A stretch of 64,000 bases of DNA from Spirochaetia bacterium (GTDB taxonomy: Bacteria; Spirochaetota; Spirochaetia; SZUA-6; Bin103). The position numbers and the translations under genes are program-made. Under the pieces are notes generated by a model. The model searched no databases, was not told where the DNA came from, and was given only the letters and a program-made list of their open reading frames with translations. Shown here in pieces: positions 29,492 to 40,710 of the stretch (position 1 is the stretch's first letter; every line of letters starts with the position of its first letter). Location of the stretch: positions 160,001-224,000 of the forward strand of contig OZ241907.1 in assembly GCA_965203515.1 (NCBI GenBank). Reading direction: 5' to 3'.

Positions 29492-32372
29492 CGCACCCGC
29501 CGCGTCCGCTGGCACGGCCGGACCGGACACGGCCGGAGGGGGCACTGCCAGACCGGGCGCCGACCGCATCGTCATCCGCGGCGCCCGCGCTCACAACCTG
29601 AAAGGGGTCGACCTGGACCTGCCGCGCAACCGGCTGATCGTGGTGTCCGGGCCGAGCGGGTCGGGCAAGTCCTCGCTGGCGTTCGACACCGTATTCGCCG
29701 AGGGACAGCGGCGCTACGTCGAGTCTCTGTCGGCCTACGCGCGGCAGTTCCTGGGCCGGCTGGACAAGCCGGACGTCGACCTCATCGACGGTCTGTCGCC
29801 GGCGATCTCGATCGAACAGCGCACCGCGCAGCGCAATCCCCGGTCCACGGTCGGCACCGTGACCGAGATCTACGACTACCTGCGGCTGCTGTTCGCCCGC
29901 GTCGGCCGGCCGCACTGCGCGGCGTGCGGGGCGGCGATCAGCGAGCGGTCGACCGACCAGATCGTCGACGTCATCGCCTCCCTGCCGGCCGGTTCGCGCA
30001 TCGTCCTGCTGGCGCCGGTGGTGAACGCCCGCAAGGGACAGCACCGCGCCGTGTTCGAGGAGGCGATCAAGGCGGGATTCGTGCGGGTGCGGGTCGACGG
30101 CCGCATCCATTCGCTCGACGAGCTCCCGGAGCTGGACCGGAACACCGCGCACACGATCGAGATCGTGGTCGATCGGCTGATCGGCAAGCCGGACCTCCAC
30201 CAGCGCCTGGCCGGCTCGGTGGAGACGGCGCTGGAGGTGGGGACGGGACGGCTGATCGTCTTGCGGGACGGCGACGGCGGCCCGGTCGAGCAGCGCTTCT
30301 CGCAGAACAGCTCATGCGCGGAATGCGGCGCGCCGTTCCCGGAGCTCGAGCCGCGGCTGTTCTCGTTCAACAATCCGCAGGGCGCCTGCCCGGCCTGCTC
30401 CGGACTGGGGGTCAGCCTGGAGTTCGACCGCGACCTGATCGTGCCCGACCTGAGCAAGTCCTTCGACGACGGGGGGATCGCCACCCACAATCCGCGCGCC
30501 AAGTGGACCCGATCGCTGTTCCGGGCGCTCGCCCGGCATTGGGGCTTCCGGCTCGCCACGCCGCTGGGCGAGTTGCCCCGGGGCATCCTCGACGCCCTGC
30601 TGTTCGGCGCCGACGACCGCATCCAGGTCGAGCACCGCACCGCGTCCAAGGCGAGCTACCGCTATGCGACGACCTATCCCGGGGTGATCCCGGAGCTCCG
30701 GCGCCGCTATCTGCAGACCGCGTCCGATCACGTCAAGCGGTGGCTGGAAGGCTTCATGCGCGACCAGCCTTGTCAGACCTGCCGGGGCCGGCGGTTGCGT
30801 CCGGAGGCGCTGGCCGTGGAGGTGGCCGGCAGCAGCATCGATCAGGTCACGAGCATGTCGGTGGAGGCGGCGCTCGACTACGTCCGCCGGGTAGCCGGCG
30901 ACAGCGACGGCGAATGGGCCAGGGTGGCGGGACAGATCGTCAAGGAGATCGGCGATCGGCTGGAGTTCATGGCCAGCGTCGGCCTGTCGTACCTCACCCT
31001 GGACCGCCGCGCCTCCACCCTGTCCGGGGGCGAGGCGCAGCGCATCCGGCTCGCCACGCAGATCGGCTCGGCGCTGGTGGGGGTGCTCTACGTGCTCGAT
31101 GAGCCGACCATCGGCCTGCATCAGCGCGATAACGACCGGCTGTTGCGCACGCTGTTCCGGCTGCGCGACCGCGGCAACACGCTGCTGGTGGTGGAACACG
31201 ACGAGCAGACGCTGCGCAGCGCCGATTATCTGGTCGATCTGGGCCCCGGCGCGGGCGAGTACGGCGGCCGGGTGGTAGCCTGCGGCACGCCGCGAGCGGT
31301 CCTGAAGGATGACCGATCCGTGACCGGCCGCTACCTGGCCGGGCGGGAGGCGATCGCCACGCCGGCGCGGCGGCGGCCGCCGGCCGGCAGCCTGACCCTG
31401 CGCGGCGCGGCCGCCAACAACCTGCGCGGCCTCGACGTGCTCCTGCCGCTGGGGACGCTGACGGTCGTCACCGGCGTGTCCGGGTCGGGCAAGTCGACCC
31501 TGGTAACCGACCTGCTGGGCCCGGCCCTGCGCGCGGAACTGGCCGGCCGGCGACTGCCGGCCGGCGTCGGCGGCATCGACGGCTGCGATCGGATCGACAA
31601 GGTGATCGAGATCGACCAGGGACCGATCGGCCGCACGCCGCGCTCCAATCCGGCCACGTACGTGGGACTCTTCACGCCGATCCGGGAGCTGTTCGCGGCC
31701 TTGCCGGAAGCGCGCGCGCTCGGCTATCGGCCGGGCCGGTTTTCGTTCAACGTCGCCGGCGGGCGGTGCGAGAACTGCACCGGAGACGGTCAGATCAAGA
31801 TCGAGATGCACTTTCTGCCCGACGTATTCGTGACCTGCGACGTCTGCGCCGGCCGCCGCTATAACCGGGAGACGCTGGCGATCCGCTACAAGGGCCGCAA
31901 CATCGACGAGGTGCTCGGCATGTCGATCACGGAGGCGGCCGAGTTCTTCAAGCACGTCCCGCAGGTGGCGCGCCGCCTCGAGACGCTCAAGGCCGTGGGG
32001 CTCGGTTACCTGCGGCTCGGCCAGTCGGCGCTGACCCTGTCCGGCGGCGAGGCGCAGCGCGTGAAGCTCTCCCTGGAGCTGTCGCGCCGCGACACGGGCC
32101 GCACCGTCTACCTGCTCGACGAGCCGACCACCGGACTCCACTTCGTCGACGTACGCCAACTGCTGTCGGTCCTGCAGCGGCTGGTCGACAAGGGCAACAC
32201 GGTGGTGGTCATCGAGCATCACCTCGACGTGATCAAGCAGGCCGACCACGTGATCGACCTGGGGCCGGAAGGCGGCACGGACGGCGGGGCGCTGGTCGCC
32301 GCCGGCACCCCGGAGCAGGTGGCGGAGCACGCGGCCAGCCACACCGGCCGCTACCTGCGAGCGGCGCTGTGA
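29484..32372 (+). CDS. uvrA: Excinuclease ABC subunit A
   Basis: GARAHNLK, GSGKSSLAFDT, two ABC cassettes (LSGGEAQR), Zn fingers. Confidence 0.98.
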   Translation: MTDAPAASAGTAGPDTAGGGTARPGADRIVIRGARAHNLKGVDLDLPRNRLIVVSGPSGSGKSSLAFDTVFAEGQRRYVESLSAYARQFLGRLDKPDVDLIDGLSPAISIEQRTAQRNPRSTVGTVTEIYDYLRLLFARVGRPHCAACGAAISERSTDQIVDVIASLPAGSRIVLLAPVVNARKGQHRAVFEEAIKAGFVRVRVDGRIHSLDELPELDRNTAHTIEIVVDRLIGKPDLHQRLAGSVETALEVGTGRLIVLRDGDGGPVEQRFSQNSSCAECGAPFPELEPRLFSFNNPQGACPACSGLGVSLEFDRDLIVPDLSKSFDDGGIATHNPRAKWTRSLFRALARHWGFRLATPLGELPRGILDALLFGADDRIQVEHRTASKASYRYATTYPGVIPELRRRYLQTASDHVKRWLEGFMRDQPCQTCRGRRLRPEALAVEVAGSSIDQVTSMSVEAALDYVRRVAGDSDGEWARVAGQIVKEIGDRLEFMASVGLSYLTLDRRASTLSGGEAQRIRLATQIGSALVGVLYVLDEPTIGLHQRDNDRLLRTLFRLRDRGNTLLVVEHDEQTLRSADYLVDLGPGAGEYGGRVVACGTPRAVLKDDRSVTGRYLAGREAIATPARRRPPAGSLTLRGAAANNLRGLDVLLPLGTLTVVTGVSGSGKSTLVTDLLGPALRAELAGRRLPAGVGGIDGCDRIDKVIEIDQGPIGRTPRSNPATYVGLFTPIRELFAALPEARALGYRPGRFSFNVAGGRCENCTGDGQIKIEMHFLPDVFVTCDVCAGRRYNRETLAIRYKGRNIDEVLGMSITEAAEFFKHVPQVARRLETLKAVGLGYLRLGQSALTLSGGEAQRVKLSLELSRRDTGRTVYLLDEPTTGLHFVDVRQLLSVLQRLVDKGNTVVVIEHHLDVIKQADHVIDLGPEGGTDGGALVAAGTPEQVAEHAASHTGRYLRAAL

Positions 32373-35300
32373 CCGCACGGCGCCGGCCGGCCTGGCGGCC
32401 GGCGGCGCCGCTGCTGCTGGCGGCGCTGCTGGCGATCGGGGCGGCGACCGCGGCGTTCGGGCAGAACCCGCCGCCGGCCAGCGACGATCCGTTGTTCGCG
32501 CAGACCCTGCCGGCCGATATCGACACCGCCGGCGCCGCCGAGCTGCGCGCGTGGTCGCGCCGGCTCGGTCTGCCGGACGACGGCGAGCGGGCCGCCCTGC
32601 AGCGACGGTTGCGGGAACACTACGGGCTGCCGGCCGCCGATCAAGCGCCGGCGCCGGCCGCCGGCGCCGGTGTGGCCGGTGTGGGCGGCATCACGGTCGA
32701 GTCGGCGCGCTCGGCCCGTTACCGGTCCGACGAGCTCGGCCACACCACGCTGGTGCTGGCCGGAGAGGTCGCCGTGGCGGCGGTCGATCGCGATACCGGA
32801 GCGCGCCACTCCATCCGCGCCGACCGGATCACCTATCACCGCGAACGGCGCAGCCTCACCGCGACCGGCGCGGTGGTCTACACGGTGACGACCGGGGACG
32901 GCCCGGAGGTCTTCCGCGGCGAGAGTCTGTCGGTCGACACGGAACGGTGGGAGGGCATCTTCTACGGCGGCGCCAGCCGCGTCGATCAACAGGTGGAAGA
33001 GACCGACATCACCTTTACCTACTCCGGTGAGGCGATCACCCGCCGCGACGACGACACGGTGGTGCTGGAGCAGGCGACCGTGACTTCATCGGAGGACCCG
33101 TCGGATCCGCACTACCGGATCGAAGCGGAGCGGCTGTGGGTCCTGGCCCCGGAGGAGTGGGCGGTGCGCAACGCGTTCGTCCACATCGGCGACGTGCCGG
33201 TCCTCTATCTGCCGTACTTCCTCCGGCCGGGAGGCCGGCTGGTGTTCCATCCGGCGTTCGGCTTTGGGCGCCGCGCGGGCACCTACCTGCAGACCACCAC
33301 CTACCTGATCGGCGGCCGCCCGCCCGGCGGCGGCGACCGGTACGAGGACGTGCGCCGCGGCCTGTTCCTGGTGCCGGCGCCCGCGTCCGGCCGGCCGGCG
33401 GAGACGAGCGGCGAGCTGGCGCTGATGGTCGACCTCTACACCCGCCTCGGCGTGTTCGCCGGGCTGCAGGGCCGGTTCGGCGGCCTGTCGCTGCTCGGCG
33501 GCATCGCCGCGTCCCGTGCGCTGGTGGACGTGGAAGGCATCGGCTACACGCCCTACCTGCGGGGCGCGGACGGCGAGCTGGCGTCGCACTGGGACACCAC
33601 CTCGATCCTGGGCGTCGAGGTGCCGTTGCGCTACGGGCTGGAACTCGACTTCGAACGCCGCGGCGAGCTCGGCATGGTCGAGGGCAGCTTCGAGCTCTTC
33701 TCCGATCCCGCGTTCCCCCCCGACTTCCTGACCCGCGCCCACGACCTGCCGACCGGCGGACTGCTCGGTCTGCCGCAGGGCCCGCTGACCGTTCTGTCTC
33801 CCCGCAACGCGCTGGAGTGGCGGCTGCACGGCGACCTCGCGCTCCACCCGCTGATCGGCGCGCCGCCGTCGCTCGCCACGCTGACGCTGCCAACGCTCTC
33901 CGCCCGCTGGCAGTGGGGGAGCCGTGACGAAGAGCGGGGTGGCGACCCGTGCGGTGGCCGCGAACATCTGGAGGCGAACCGGCTGCAGGCGGCGTCGCCG
34001 ACGCGCTGCTTCTATTATCCGCAGACGCTGACGCTCCCGGCGGTGGCGGCGGTCGCCGCCGGATCGCTCTATAGCTGGCAGGCCGACGGCGGCGCGTTCA
34101 CGGCCGACGTCGGCTATGAAGTGCGTCCGGTGGTGTCGGTCGATCACCACTTCGATGACCCGCCGGTCGTGCACGATCAGGTCGATCTCGACATCCGGTA
34201 CACCCGCGTCGACACCCGCGCGACCGGCCGCGTCACCTATGCGGCGTCCGCCTTCGACCGGCTCGTCGGCGTCGACGGCGCGCTGGTCGAGGAGGCCCGT
34301 TGGCAGGTCCACACGCGCCAAGCCGACGCCCGCGAGGATGAGCTGGTCAGGCGGCTGCAGTCCGATCGCGACAGCACCAGCTCGCGGCTGCGGCTGGACA
34401 ACACGCTCACCCTGCGCCCGCTGGCGTCGGTGCCGAACCTGTCGGAGTCGAACGTGACGTACGGGCTGGGGCTCACGCTCCACGACGTAACATTGGATGC
34501 CGCCACGGGCGATCCGGTCGAGCGGGGCCCGACCTGGGACCGGGACGGCGTGCCGTCGCACCGCGCGGCCGCCGCCGCGGTGTTCGCCGGCGGCGACCTC
34601 CGCATCCGGCTCGGCGCCGGGGTCGACCTGCCGCCGCGCCGGCTGGACGTCGCCGGCGACCTCGAAACCGCCGCCGGACCGTTCTCGATGACGCTTCGCG
34701 GCGGCCTGGAGCAGGAGGAAGGAGACGACGCGGGCACGCTGCAGCCAAAGCCGATCGAAGGCCGCGCTGCCCTGCGCATCGGCGCGGACGCGTCGGTCTC
34801 CCAGTCGTTTCGCCTGGACCAGGAGCAGCGCATCGACCTCCTGACCACCGAGGCGAGCGCGTACGGGGTGACCGGCACCGTGCGCGCGGCAAAGCGGGTA
34901 CCGCTCGACCCGTTCGGCAAGCGGCTGCCGGGTGCCTCGCGCAGCCTGCGCGCCACCGAGGTGGCGCTCGGCTATCGCCTCGATACCGGCGCGCTCACCT
35001 ACTGGAAGAACCGGATCCGGCTCGACGCGGGCGTGCAGACCCGGCTGGCGTTCGACCCGGAGGCGTACGTGCGGGACAACTCCCTGGCCTTCGATCTGCG
35101 GCTCGGCCTGGAGATCTACCGGTTCCTGGAACTCTCGTTCGAGTCGAGCTCCGTGAACCGGCGCCTGTACCGCTATCTTCCCGGCACGGCCGCGCGGTCC
35201 GGCGAGCCGTGGGTCAACCCGATCGTCGACTTGGCGCGGTCGTTCAACTTCTTCAACGAAGACGACCGGACCGATTCGGCGTTCAAGCTCGAATCGCTGC

Positions 35301-35548
35301 GCGTCGCGGCGCTGCACCGGCTGGGCGACTGGAACCTGACCCTGGCCTACCAGGGCCGGCCGGAGCAACGAACGGTGGACCGCGACACCCCCCAGAAGCG
35401 GCAGGCGATCGTCTGGACGTCGGCCCTGTCGATCGAGGTGCGCTGGGTGCCGGTCCCGGAGCTGTACGGCAGCTTCCGCATCGACCGCGACGGCAGGATC
35501 GACATCGGGGATATCGCGCCCGGGGGTATCGACAGCGCGGATCGCTGA
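32369..35548 (+). CDS. lptD: LptD-like outer-membrane protein (spirochete type)
   Basis: Signal peptide, beta-jellyroll-like region (HYRIEAERLWVL..EWAVRNA, PVLYLPYF), beta-strand-rich C-terminus (YWKNRI, DLARSFNFF); follows uvrA as in Treponema/Borrelia. Confidence 0.75.
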   Translation: MTARRRPAWRPAAPLLLAALLAIGAATAAFGQNPPPASDDPLFAQTLPADIDTAGAAELRAWSRRLGLPDDGERAALQRRLREHYGLPAADQAPAPAAGAGVAGVGGITVESARSARYRSDELGHTTLVLAGEVAVAAVDRDTGARHSIRADRITYHRERRSLTATGAVVYTVTTGDGPEVFRGESLSVDTERWEGIFYGGASRVDQQVEETDITFTYSGEAITRRDDDTVVLEQATVTSSEDPSDPHYRIEAERLWVLAPEEWAVRNAFVHIGDVPVLYLPYFLRPGGRLVFHPAFGFGRRAGTYLQTTTYLIGGRPPGGGDRYEDVRRGLFLVPAPASGRPAETSGELALMVDLYTRLGVFAGLQGRFGGLSLLGGIAASRALVDVEGIGYTPYLRGADGELASHWDTTSILGVEVPLRYGLELDFERRGELGMVEGSFELFSDPAFPPDFLTRAHDLPTGGLLGLPQGPLTVLSPRNALEWRLHGDLALHPLIGAPPSLATLTLPTLSARWQWGSRDEERGGDPCGGREHLEANRLQAASPTRCFYYPQTLTLPAVAAVAAGSLYSWQADGGAFTADVGYEVRPVVSVDHHFDDPPVVHDQVDLDIRYTRVDTRATGRVTYAASAFDRLVGVDGALVEEARWQVHTRQADAREDELVRRLQSDRDSTSSRLRLDNTLTLRPLASVPNLSESNVTYGLGLTLHDVTLDAATGDPVERGPTWDRDGVPSHRAAAAAVFAGGDLRIRLGAGVDLPPRRLDVAGDLETAAGPFSMTLRGGLEQEEGDDAGTLQPKPIEGRAALRIGADASVSQSFRLDQEQRIDLLTTEASAYGVTGTVRAAKRVPLDPFGKRLPGASRSLRATEVALGYRLDTGALTYWKNRIRLDAGVQTRLAFDPEAYVRDNSLAFDLRLGLEIYRFLELSFESSSVNRRLYRYLPGTAARSGEPWVNPIVDLARSFNFFNEDDRTDSAFKLESLRVAALHRLGDWNLTLAYQGRPEQRTVDRDTPQKRQAIVWTSALSIEVRWVPVPELYGSFRIDRDGRIDIGDIAPGGIDSADR

Positions 35549-35571
35549 CGCTACGATCGCCGCGTCGCCAT

Positions 35572-36540
35572 ATGGGGAATCCGCTCGCGGTCGTCCTGGA
35601 GGACGCCGGTGTCCTGAGCGAGGTCTGCGGAGCGAACGACCGCAACCTGCGGGTGCTGGAGGAGCTGCTCAACAGCCCGGTCTACTCGCAGGGCAATCGC
35701 ATCATGCTGGCCACCGGCGATTCCGCCACCCGCAAGACGTTCGCGGTCCTGCTCGGCGAGCTGCGCGACCGCGCCCGGCTCGGCCTCGAGCCGGGGCCGG
35801 AGGTGATCCGTTCTATCTACCGGCGGATGGAGGAGCCGGCCGCGGCCGGCCGGGACCGGCTCCTGTCGATCCCGAAGGGACTGCGGCAGGTGGCGCCGCG
35901 CGGCGCCAATCAGGCGCGCTACCTCGACCTGCTGGCCCGGCGCGACCTGGTGATCGCCGTCGGTCCGGCCGGTACCGGCAAGACCTACCTGGCGGTGGCC
36001 GACGCGCTGCGGGCGGTCAACTGCCGCCAACTGCGCCGGATGGTGATCACCAGGCCGGTGGTGGAGGCCGGCGAGAGCCTGGGGTATCTGCCGGGAGACC
36101 TGCGGCACAAGATCGAGCCCTACCTGCGCCCGCTGTACGACGCCATGCAGGCGCTGATGCCGGCGGACGTGCTGACCCGCATGGAGCAGGCCGGCACGAT
36201 AGAGGTCGCGCCGCTGGCCTACATGCGCGGCCGCACGCTGGCCGACGCCTACGTCATCCTGGATGAGGCGCAGAACACCACGCGCGAGCAGATGAAGATG
36301 TTCCTGACGCGCATGGGCGAAGGCTCACGCGTGGTGATCACCGGGGACATCACGCAGATCGACCTGCCCCGCCGCCGCGACAGCGGTCTGCTGCAGATCA
36401 CCGAGCTGCTGGCGCACGTCGGCGAAATAGGGTTCATTTACTTCGACAGGGAGGATGTGGTACGGCATCCGCTGGTACGCAAGATCGTGCAGGCCTACGA
36501 ACGGGCGCCGGTCGACGCGGACCACGGCGCGCCTCGATGA
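35572..36540 (+). CDS. phoH: PhoH-family ATPase (YbeZ-like)
   Basis: GPAGTGKTYLA, TRPVVEAGESLGYLPG, LAYMRGRT, DEAQN, GDITQIDL, DVVRHPLV. Confidence 0.95.
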   Translation: MGNPLAVVLEDAGVLSEVCGANDRNLRVLEELLNSPVYSQGNRIMLATGDSATRKTFAVLLGELRDRARLGLEPGPEVIRSIYRRMEEPAAAGRDRLLSIPKGLRQVAPRGANQARYLDLLARRDLVIAVGPAGTGKTYLAVADALRAVNCRQLRRMVITRPVVEAGESLGYLPGDLRHKIEPYLRPLYDAMQALMPADVLTRMEQAGTIEVAPLAYMRGRTLADAYVILDEAQNTTREQMKMFLTRMGEGSRVVITGDITQIDLPRRRDSGLLQITELLAHVGEIGFIYFDREDVVRHPLVRKIVQAYERAPVDADHGAPR

Positions 36541-36557
36541 TGCCGCCTCGATGATGG
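36530..36557 (+). repeat. 14-bp tandem duplication of the phoH/ybeY junction
   Basis: CGCCTCGATGATGC CGCCTCGATGATGG. Confidence 0.85.
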
Positions 36558-37105
36558 AAGACCCCGAGCAACCTCCGAGTACCGATTCGACGGCCGCCAT
36601 GAGCGCCGGCGTCCGCACGCCGGCCGGCGCGCGCGTCGAAGTGGGCGTGGCCGCGCGCGTGCGCGCGCCGGCTGCCGGTGACCGCGCGGCGCTGGCGCGC
36701 TTCGCGCAGGCGGCGCTCGGCGCGCTGGGCCAACGCGCCGCCGAGCTGTCGGTGCTCCTCTGTGACGACCGCTTCATCCGCGGCCTGAATCGCCGCTTCC
36801 GCGGCGTCGACGCGCCGACCGACGTGCTGTCGTTCGAGCAGGCCGGGCCGGTCCGCGGCTCGTCCCTCGGTCCCCCGGTGCCCGATCCCTCGGCGCCCGG
36901 CCCGCCGGTCCTCGGTGACGTGGTGATCTCGCTCGATACCGCCCGCCGGCAGGCGCGCCGCCGGAGCGTCCCGGAGACCGCCGAGCTGCGCGAGTTGCTC
37001 CTGCACGGCATTCTGCACCTGCTGGGCCGCGACCACGGCGACGGCGACGTCGCCGATGAGCCGATGCTGCAGGAGCAGGAACGGCTTCTGGAGCGCCTGC
37101 CATGA
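36551..37105 (+). CDS. ybeY: rRNA maturation RNase YbeY
   Basis: LNRRFRG..PTDVLSF, LGDVVIS, LHGILHLLGRDH. Confidence 0.93.
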   Translation: MMEDPEQPPSTDSTAAMSAGVRTPAGARVEVGVAARVRAPAAGDRAALARFAQAALGALGQRAAELSVLLCDDRFIRGLNRRFRGVDAPTDVLSFEQAGPVRGSSLGPPVPDPSAPGPPVLGDVVISLDTARRQARRRSVPETAELRELLLHGILHLLGRDHGDGDVADEPMLQEQERLLERLP

Positions 37106-37895
37106 GCATCCTGAACCGATTGCTGCGCAAGCCGACCCGGGAGGAGCGACGGATCGAGGCGCTCGGCCCGCACGCGCGGGAGATGATCGACGGCGTGGCG
37201 CAACTCTCCTCGACCACCGTCAGGGAGATCATGGTGCCGCGCCCGGACGTGGTGTTCGTATCGGTCGACACCAAGCCCGAGGAGCTGCTCGACACCATCA
37301 CGGAGAGCGGCCACTCCCGGCTGCCGGTCTACCACAAGACGGTCGACGAAGTGATCGGCGTGCTGTACGCCAAGGACCTGCTGGGTCAGGTCGTCCGCAA
37401 CGGCCGGACCGTGGATGCCGGCAAGGCGATGCGCAAGCCGTACTTCGTCCCGGAGAGCAAGCGCGTCGACGAACTGCTGCACGAGTTTCAGCGCCGCCGA
37501 GTCCACTTGGCGATCGTCGTGGACGAGTACGGCGGCACCTCCGGGATCGCCTGCATGGAGGACGTGCTGGAGGTGATCGTCGGCGACATACAGGACGAGT
37601 TCGACAATGAGAGCGAGGCGGTCCTCAAGCTGGGGATGGGCATCTACCTGTGCGACGCGCGGGTCCGCCTAGACCAGCTCGCCGACCAGGGCTTGGCGCT
37701 GGAGCTGCCGGCCGAGGAGTTCGATACGCTGGGCGGATTCGTCTTCGACCTGTTCGGCAAGATCCCGGTGATCTACGATACGAAGCGCTACCGGAACGCC
37801 GACTTCGTGATCCACGGGATGGACGGTCACCGCATCACGCGCGTGAAGATCGTCCTCCGCCCGGAACCGGACGGCGAACCGCAGGATCGCTCCGC

Positions 37896-37899
<4 letters not shown>
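37102..37899 (+). CDS. CBS/CorC-domain protein (CorC/TlyC-like)
   Basis: [53 protein letters not shown]. Confidence 0.9.
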
Positions 37900-39243
<1,344 letters not shown>

Positions 39244-39251
<8 letters not shown>

Positions 39252-40029
39252 GTCCGACGCACGCGGCGCGAGCGGCCGCGGCGTGCTGATCACCGGCAAC
39301 TGGAAGATGAACCTGCTGCGCGCGTCGTCGCGCGAACTGGCGGCCGGCGTGGTCCGGGAGCTGGCCGCCAGGCGTCCCGGCGCCGGCGTGCGGGTGGCGC
39401 TGGCGCCGCCGTTCACGGCGATCGACGTGGTGCGCGACGCGATTCGCGGATCGGGCGTGCTGCTGGCAGCGCAGGACGTGGCGGCCGCGCGCGCGGGGGC
39501 GCACACCGGCGAGGTGTCGGCGGAGATGCTGGCCGACGCGGGCGTGGAGCTGGTCATCGTCGGCCATTCGGAGCGCCGTCACGGCCTGGGAGAGACCGAT
39601 GCCGTGGTGCTGGACAAGGTGCAGCGCGCCTGCGAAGCCGGCCTGCAGGTGACCCTGTGCGTGGGAGAGACCGGCGCGGAGCGCGACGCCGGCCGCGCGG
39701 AGCAGGTCGTCGCGCGACAGGTCGACGCCGTGGCGTCGCGGGTCGACCTGCGCCGGGCGTCGCTGCAGGTCGCCTACGAACCGGTCTGGGCGATCGGCAC
39801 CGGGCGCAACGCCACGCCCGACGACGCGCGCCGGATGCACGCCCGGATCCGCGCCGCGGTGGCGGCCGCCGCCGGCGGCGACGCCGCGCGGGCCCTGATC
39901 ATCCAGTACGGCGGCTCGGTGAAGCCGGACAACGCCGCCGCCATGCTGGCGCAGGAGGGCGTCGACGGTCTGCTGGTCGGCGGCGCGTCGCTGGAGGCGG
40001 CTTCGTTCGCGGCCGTGGTACCCCTCTAG
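39244..40029 (+). CDS. tpiA: Triosephosphate isomerase
   Basis: [45 protein letters not shown]. Confidence 0.97.
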
Positions 40030-40079
40030 TGGTGTGCCCCTAGCGGTCGTACCCTTATAATGGATATGATGGAATCCGA

Positions 40080-40562
40080 ATGGCGCTCGCCGGAATACTG
40101 ATACTGGTCGTCTTCATCGTCAGCGCGGTGCTGCTGGTCCTGGTCGTCCTGATTCAGGATGACCAGGGGCAGGGCATCGGCGGCATGTTCGGCGGTGGGG
40201 AGGGCTCTTCGCCGTTCGGTTCCCGGACCGGCAACGTGCTGACCAAGTTCACGTCGATCCTGGGGGCCGTGTTTCTGGTCGCCGCGTTCTCGCTGGCGTG
40301 GCTGAACCGTACGCCCGACCGGGACGACTTCCTGGAACGGGCGCGGCTGCAGTCGCTGGAGGCTGAGGAAGGCCGATGGTGGGTGCGGCCGGACCCCGCG
40401 CCGGAGGGCGCCGACGCGCCGCAAGCCGAAGGGGCGGAAGCCGTCGAGACCGGCGCCGCCGCCGGGCCGGCTGACGCCGCCGCCGATCAGGGGGCGGCGA
40501 CCGGTACCGTCGGGCAGGCGGAGGCTGCCACCGGCTCCGCCGGGAGCGGGTCCGGCCCGTGA
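40080..40562 (+). CDS. secG: Preprotein translocase subunit SecG with Ala-rich C-terminal extension
   Basis: Two TMs with VLIQ...GGMFGGG..SPFGSR..NVLTK; follows tpiA; TATAAT at 40056-40061. Confidence 0.92.
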   Translation: MALAGILILVVFIVSAVLLVLVVLIQDDQGQGIGGMFGGGEGSSPFGSRTGNVLTKFTSILGAVFLVAAFSLAWLNRTPDRDDFLERARLQSLEAEEGRWWVRPDPAPEGADAPQAEGAEAVETGAAAGPADAAADQGAATGTVGQAEAATGSAGSGSGP

Positions 40563-40710
40563 AGGTGGACCGGCCCGTAGAGGCGGCCCGGCCCGTAGAG
40601 GCGGCCCGGCCCGTAGAGGCGGCCCGGCCCGTAGAGGCGGCCCGGCCCGTAGAGGCGGTCCGGCCCGTGAAGGCGGCCCGGCCCGTGAAGGCGGCCCGGC
40701 CGTGAAGGCG
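40552..40710 (+). repeat. 18-bp tandem repeat, 8 full plus 1 partial copy, spanning secG stop to atpB start
   Basis: Unit CCGGCCCGT(AG/GA)AGGCGGC; last copy lacks one C. Confidence 0.95.

Noticed and set aside
40029..40101. Mini-ORFs between tpiA and secG as further relay ORFs
   Set aside because: They do not end on the secG start, and secG has its own -10 box
40552..40710. Possible CRISPR array
   Set aside because: Units are contiguous 18-mers with no unique spacers, and there are no cas genes in the window
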